Shown piece by piece: positions 61,308 through 64,000 of a stretch of 64,000 bases of DNA. A program made the position numbers and the translations under genes. How positions within the stretch are numbered: the stretch's first letter is position 1; every line of letters starts with the position of its first letter. Origin of the DNA: Haliotis rubra (lineage: Eukaryota); contig NW_025765814.1 in NCBI RefSeq assembly GCF_003918875.1, positions 124,001 through 188,000 of the forward strand. Direction: 5' to 3'. A model generated the notes under the pieces. The model was given only the letters and a program-made list of their open reading frames with translations, was not told where the DNA came from and searched no databases.

Positions 61308-62327
61308 AACAAGCAGCAGAAGGCAGATGACTAAGGTCAAACAAGCAGCAGAAGGCAGATGACTAAGGTCAAACAAGCAGCAGAAGGCAGATGACTAAGG
61401 TCAAACAAGCAGCAGAAGGCAGATGACTAAGGTCAAACAAGCAGCAGAAGGCAGATGACTAAGGTCAAACAAGCAGCAGAAGGCAGATGACTAAGGTCAA
61501 ACAAGCAGCAGAAGGCAGATGAACAAGGTCAAACAAGCAGCAGAAGGCAGATGACTGAGGTCAAACAAGCAGCAGAAGGCAGATGACTAAGGTCAAACAA
61601 GCAGCAGAAGGCAGATGACTAAGGTCAAACAAGCAGCAGAAGGCAGATGACTAAGGTCAAACAAGCAGCGGAAGGAAGATGACTAAAGTCAAACAAGCAG
61701 CAGAAGGCAGATGACTAAGGTCAAACAAGCAGCAGAAGGCAGATGACTAAGGTCAAACAAGCAGCAGAAGGCAGATGACTAAGGTCAAACAAGCAGCAGA
61801 AGGCAGATGACTAAGGTCAAACAAGCAGCAGAAGGCAGATGACTAAGGTCAAAAAACAAGCAGCGGAAGGAAGATGACTAAAGTCAAACAAGCAGCAGAA
61901 GGCAGATGACTAAGGTCAAACAAGCAGCGGAAGGAAGATGACTAAGGTCAAACAAGCAGCAGAAGGCAGATGACTAAGGTCAAACAAGCAGCAGAAGGCA
62001 GATGACTAAGGTCAAACAAGCAGCTGAAGGCAGATGACTAAGGTCAAACAAGCAGCAGAAGGCAGATGACTAAGGTCAAACAAGCAAGCGGGAAGGAAGA
62101 TGACTAAAGTCAAACAAGCAGCAGAAGGCAGATGACTAAGGTCAAACAAGCAGCGGAAGGAAGATGACTAAGGTCAAACAAGCAGCAGAAGGCAGATGAC
62201 TAAGGTCAAACAAGCAGCAGGAAGGCAGATGACTAAGGTCAAACAAGCAGCAGAAGGCAGATGACTAAGGTCAAACAAGCAGCAGAAGGCAGATGACTAA
62301 GGTCAAACAAGCAGCAGAAGGCAGATG
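61308..62327. repeat. 32-bp minisatellite, about 32 copies (caagcagcagaaggcagatgactaaggtcaaa)
   Basis: Near-identical head-to-tail units, no spacers. Confidence 0.97.
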
Positions 62328-62401
62328 CTTTCTTTGTTAACCAAGAGTGGTTGACAGGAGTATTTGTAGACACTAGCTGCCATTACCTTTCTACAGTCAT
62401 A

Positions 62402-62637
62402 GACCCGTGAAGGTCCGGGTTAGGATATTGATCTTCAGTAACCCATGCTTGTCAAGAGGCGACTCCGCTGGATCAGGCTCGCTGGTTTGGTTGACACGTC
62501 ATCGGTTATCAATAGCGCAGATCGATGCTCATGCTGTTTATCACTGGATTGTTCGGTCCAGGCTCGATTATTTACAGACCGCCGCCATATACCTGAATAT
62601 TGCTGGAGGTGTAGAGTAAAACTAAACTCACTCACTC
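62402..62637 (+). mobile_element. SINE-like family C
   Basis: Homology; (CACT)n tail. Confidence 0.8.
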
Positions 62638-62870
62638 TTACATTCATTGCTGGAGCAGACCTCCATTTTGTAACACATGATAATGTTATGGTATGATGAA
62701 GTCGTTGATGGCTTGAAATGTTCCAGTTTAGGAAGCAAGTAGAGAGCTCAAGACCCTTTGCATGTGTGTTGTAACAAAACATCACATGCTAGCTTGGCAT
62801 TCCGGTGTAGATTATAATAGATATAATTAGCCACCTTTCTGTCATGAGGCGTTTCCACCTCTGTTGGGAC

Positions 62871-62965
62871 TAGTCCAGCCAGGTAAACGTCGTGTTCCTA
62901 CCAAGGAATACACCCACGTCGGTGTATACCTTGGTAGGAACACGACGTTTACCTGAACTGGACTA
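62871..62965. mobile_element. 95-bp all-hairpin MITE, TAG...CTA ends (Academ-like)
   Basis: Near-perfect arms of about 44 bp; flanked by (c/t)TGTTGGGAC, a 9-10-bp duplication. Confidence 0.8.
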
Positions 62966-63226
62966 TTGTTGGGACATTGCCGAACTTTCGGGGATGATGC
63001 TCCTCCCTTTTTGCGACAGTCGTATTGCTGTGCTCAGTGTCTCCCAGAGCAAGGATCGTTGTTAGAATGCCAGTTCTCCTGATGGTTTCACGATTTGTCA
63101 ACGCCATAGCCATGTTCGTGCGTTTTTCCCCAGCTACACTGCCATGGTATAACAGACATCAGTCCAACACCGCACTCATTAACTCACTCAGGTGGTAATA
63201 GAGAGGGACTCGAACATGATTAAATA

Positions 63227-64000
63227 TACTCTTCAAAAATAAGTAGGGGAACTTCATTTTTAATTTACAATTGAAAAAATTGGGAGATACATCAAGTCAA
63301 TAAATGTTGATACAGTACAACCAGAAATTACTGAAGTTAAAGATTGTAATTTTTAAAACATTTTCACTCATTACTCACGTATTAATGTGAATATTAGCAG
63401 AACATAACTCCAGATTCAAAGACAGGTGAACAGTTAGTATTTTGTCAAGACACCATGGGCAGCAATGCAGGCTTCAATGCGGCAGGGGCATACTACTGAT
63501 CAAAGAAGTTAGAAGGTCGTGGCCCATGCCGTCCCAATATCGGACCACCTCTTCTTTCATTTCAGCAATATTTGTCAGATTTTTCTTATTGACACTTTCC
63601 TTCATAAGTCCCCAAACATTTTCTGTTGGATTTAGGTCAGGGCTATAGCTTCAGCGAATCTAATAATGTCATATTTTGGGTCCGAAACCAGGCCTGTGAA
63701 TGCTTTGAACGATGTTTTGGGTCGTTGTCCTGCTGGAAAATAAAAAAATTTCCATAGAACACGTGAGCAGATGGAAGTAAATGTCCCTCGAGAATATCTG
63801 TTGTACCGCTCACTGTTCATATTCCCTTCAAATACACAGAGGGGCGTTCCCCTTAACACAGATATACCACCCCAAACGTTAAATTTCGGACTGTACTTTG
63901 GGCGCTGATACAAAGGTTTTTCAGTTTGTTTGGTCCAGAATTTCAGTGTATTAGGAAACAGCCACACAGAGCTTTCATCTGAGAAAAATCACATTGTCCC
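63227..64000 (-). mobile_element. Tc1/mariner element (3' end), truncated by the window edge
   Basis: TA at 63225-6 followed by TIR-like tactcttcaaaaataagtaggggaac; DDE transposase remnant inside. Confidence 0.85.
63434..64000 (-). pseudogene. Tc1-family DDE transposase, frameshifted
   Basis: Across frameshifts: (W)DNVIFSDESS, VWGGIS, FQQDNDPKH, SYSPDLNPTENVW, SSMP.RIEACIAAHG..TKY*. Confidence 0.9.

Noticed and set aside
61308-62327. CRISPR-like 32-bp repeats
   Set aside because: Units abut with no unique spacers, there are no cas genes, and the context is eukaryotic; it is a minisatellite.

Overview
Eukaryotic (invertebrate) genomic DNA, AT-rich and dense in repeats. The SINE types and (CACT)n tails suggest a mollusc, possibly an abalone-like gastropod; this is inference. 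Three spliced genes can be rebuilt exon by exon from GT-AG junctions. ARHGAP11A-like RhoGAP is on +, 9 exons, 26219-35238. AP2S1 is on -, 4 exons, 44518-40819, 142 aa. POLR1C/RPAC1 is on +, 11 exons, 44671-60048, 346 aa. AP2S1 and POLR1C are head-to-head with only 152 bp between their ATGs. A probable fourth gene on the - strand shows only non-coding leader exons (about 25660-25487 and 23695-23638) and seems to run leftwards through a very long intron. Single indels in POLR1C exon 4 and the last RhoGAP exon look like assembly errors. The remainder is mobile and repetitive DNA. It includes a decayed Crypton-type tyrosine-recombinase element with a lox-like two-arm site in POLR1C intron 8 and three AcademH-like non-autonomous elements, one with a RecQ-helicase N-terminal remnant. 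Also present: a truncated Tc1 transposase; hAT, Harbinger, Kolobok, MULE and pogo-like MITEs; Helentron-like elements; three SINE families plus LINE tails with related 3' ends; a 20-bp satellite and a 32-bp minisatellite. No CRISPR, rRNA or true tRNA genes were seen. Most short ORFs in the supplied track are spurious. I see no firmly new biological system; the Crypton site architecture is the most testable novelty.
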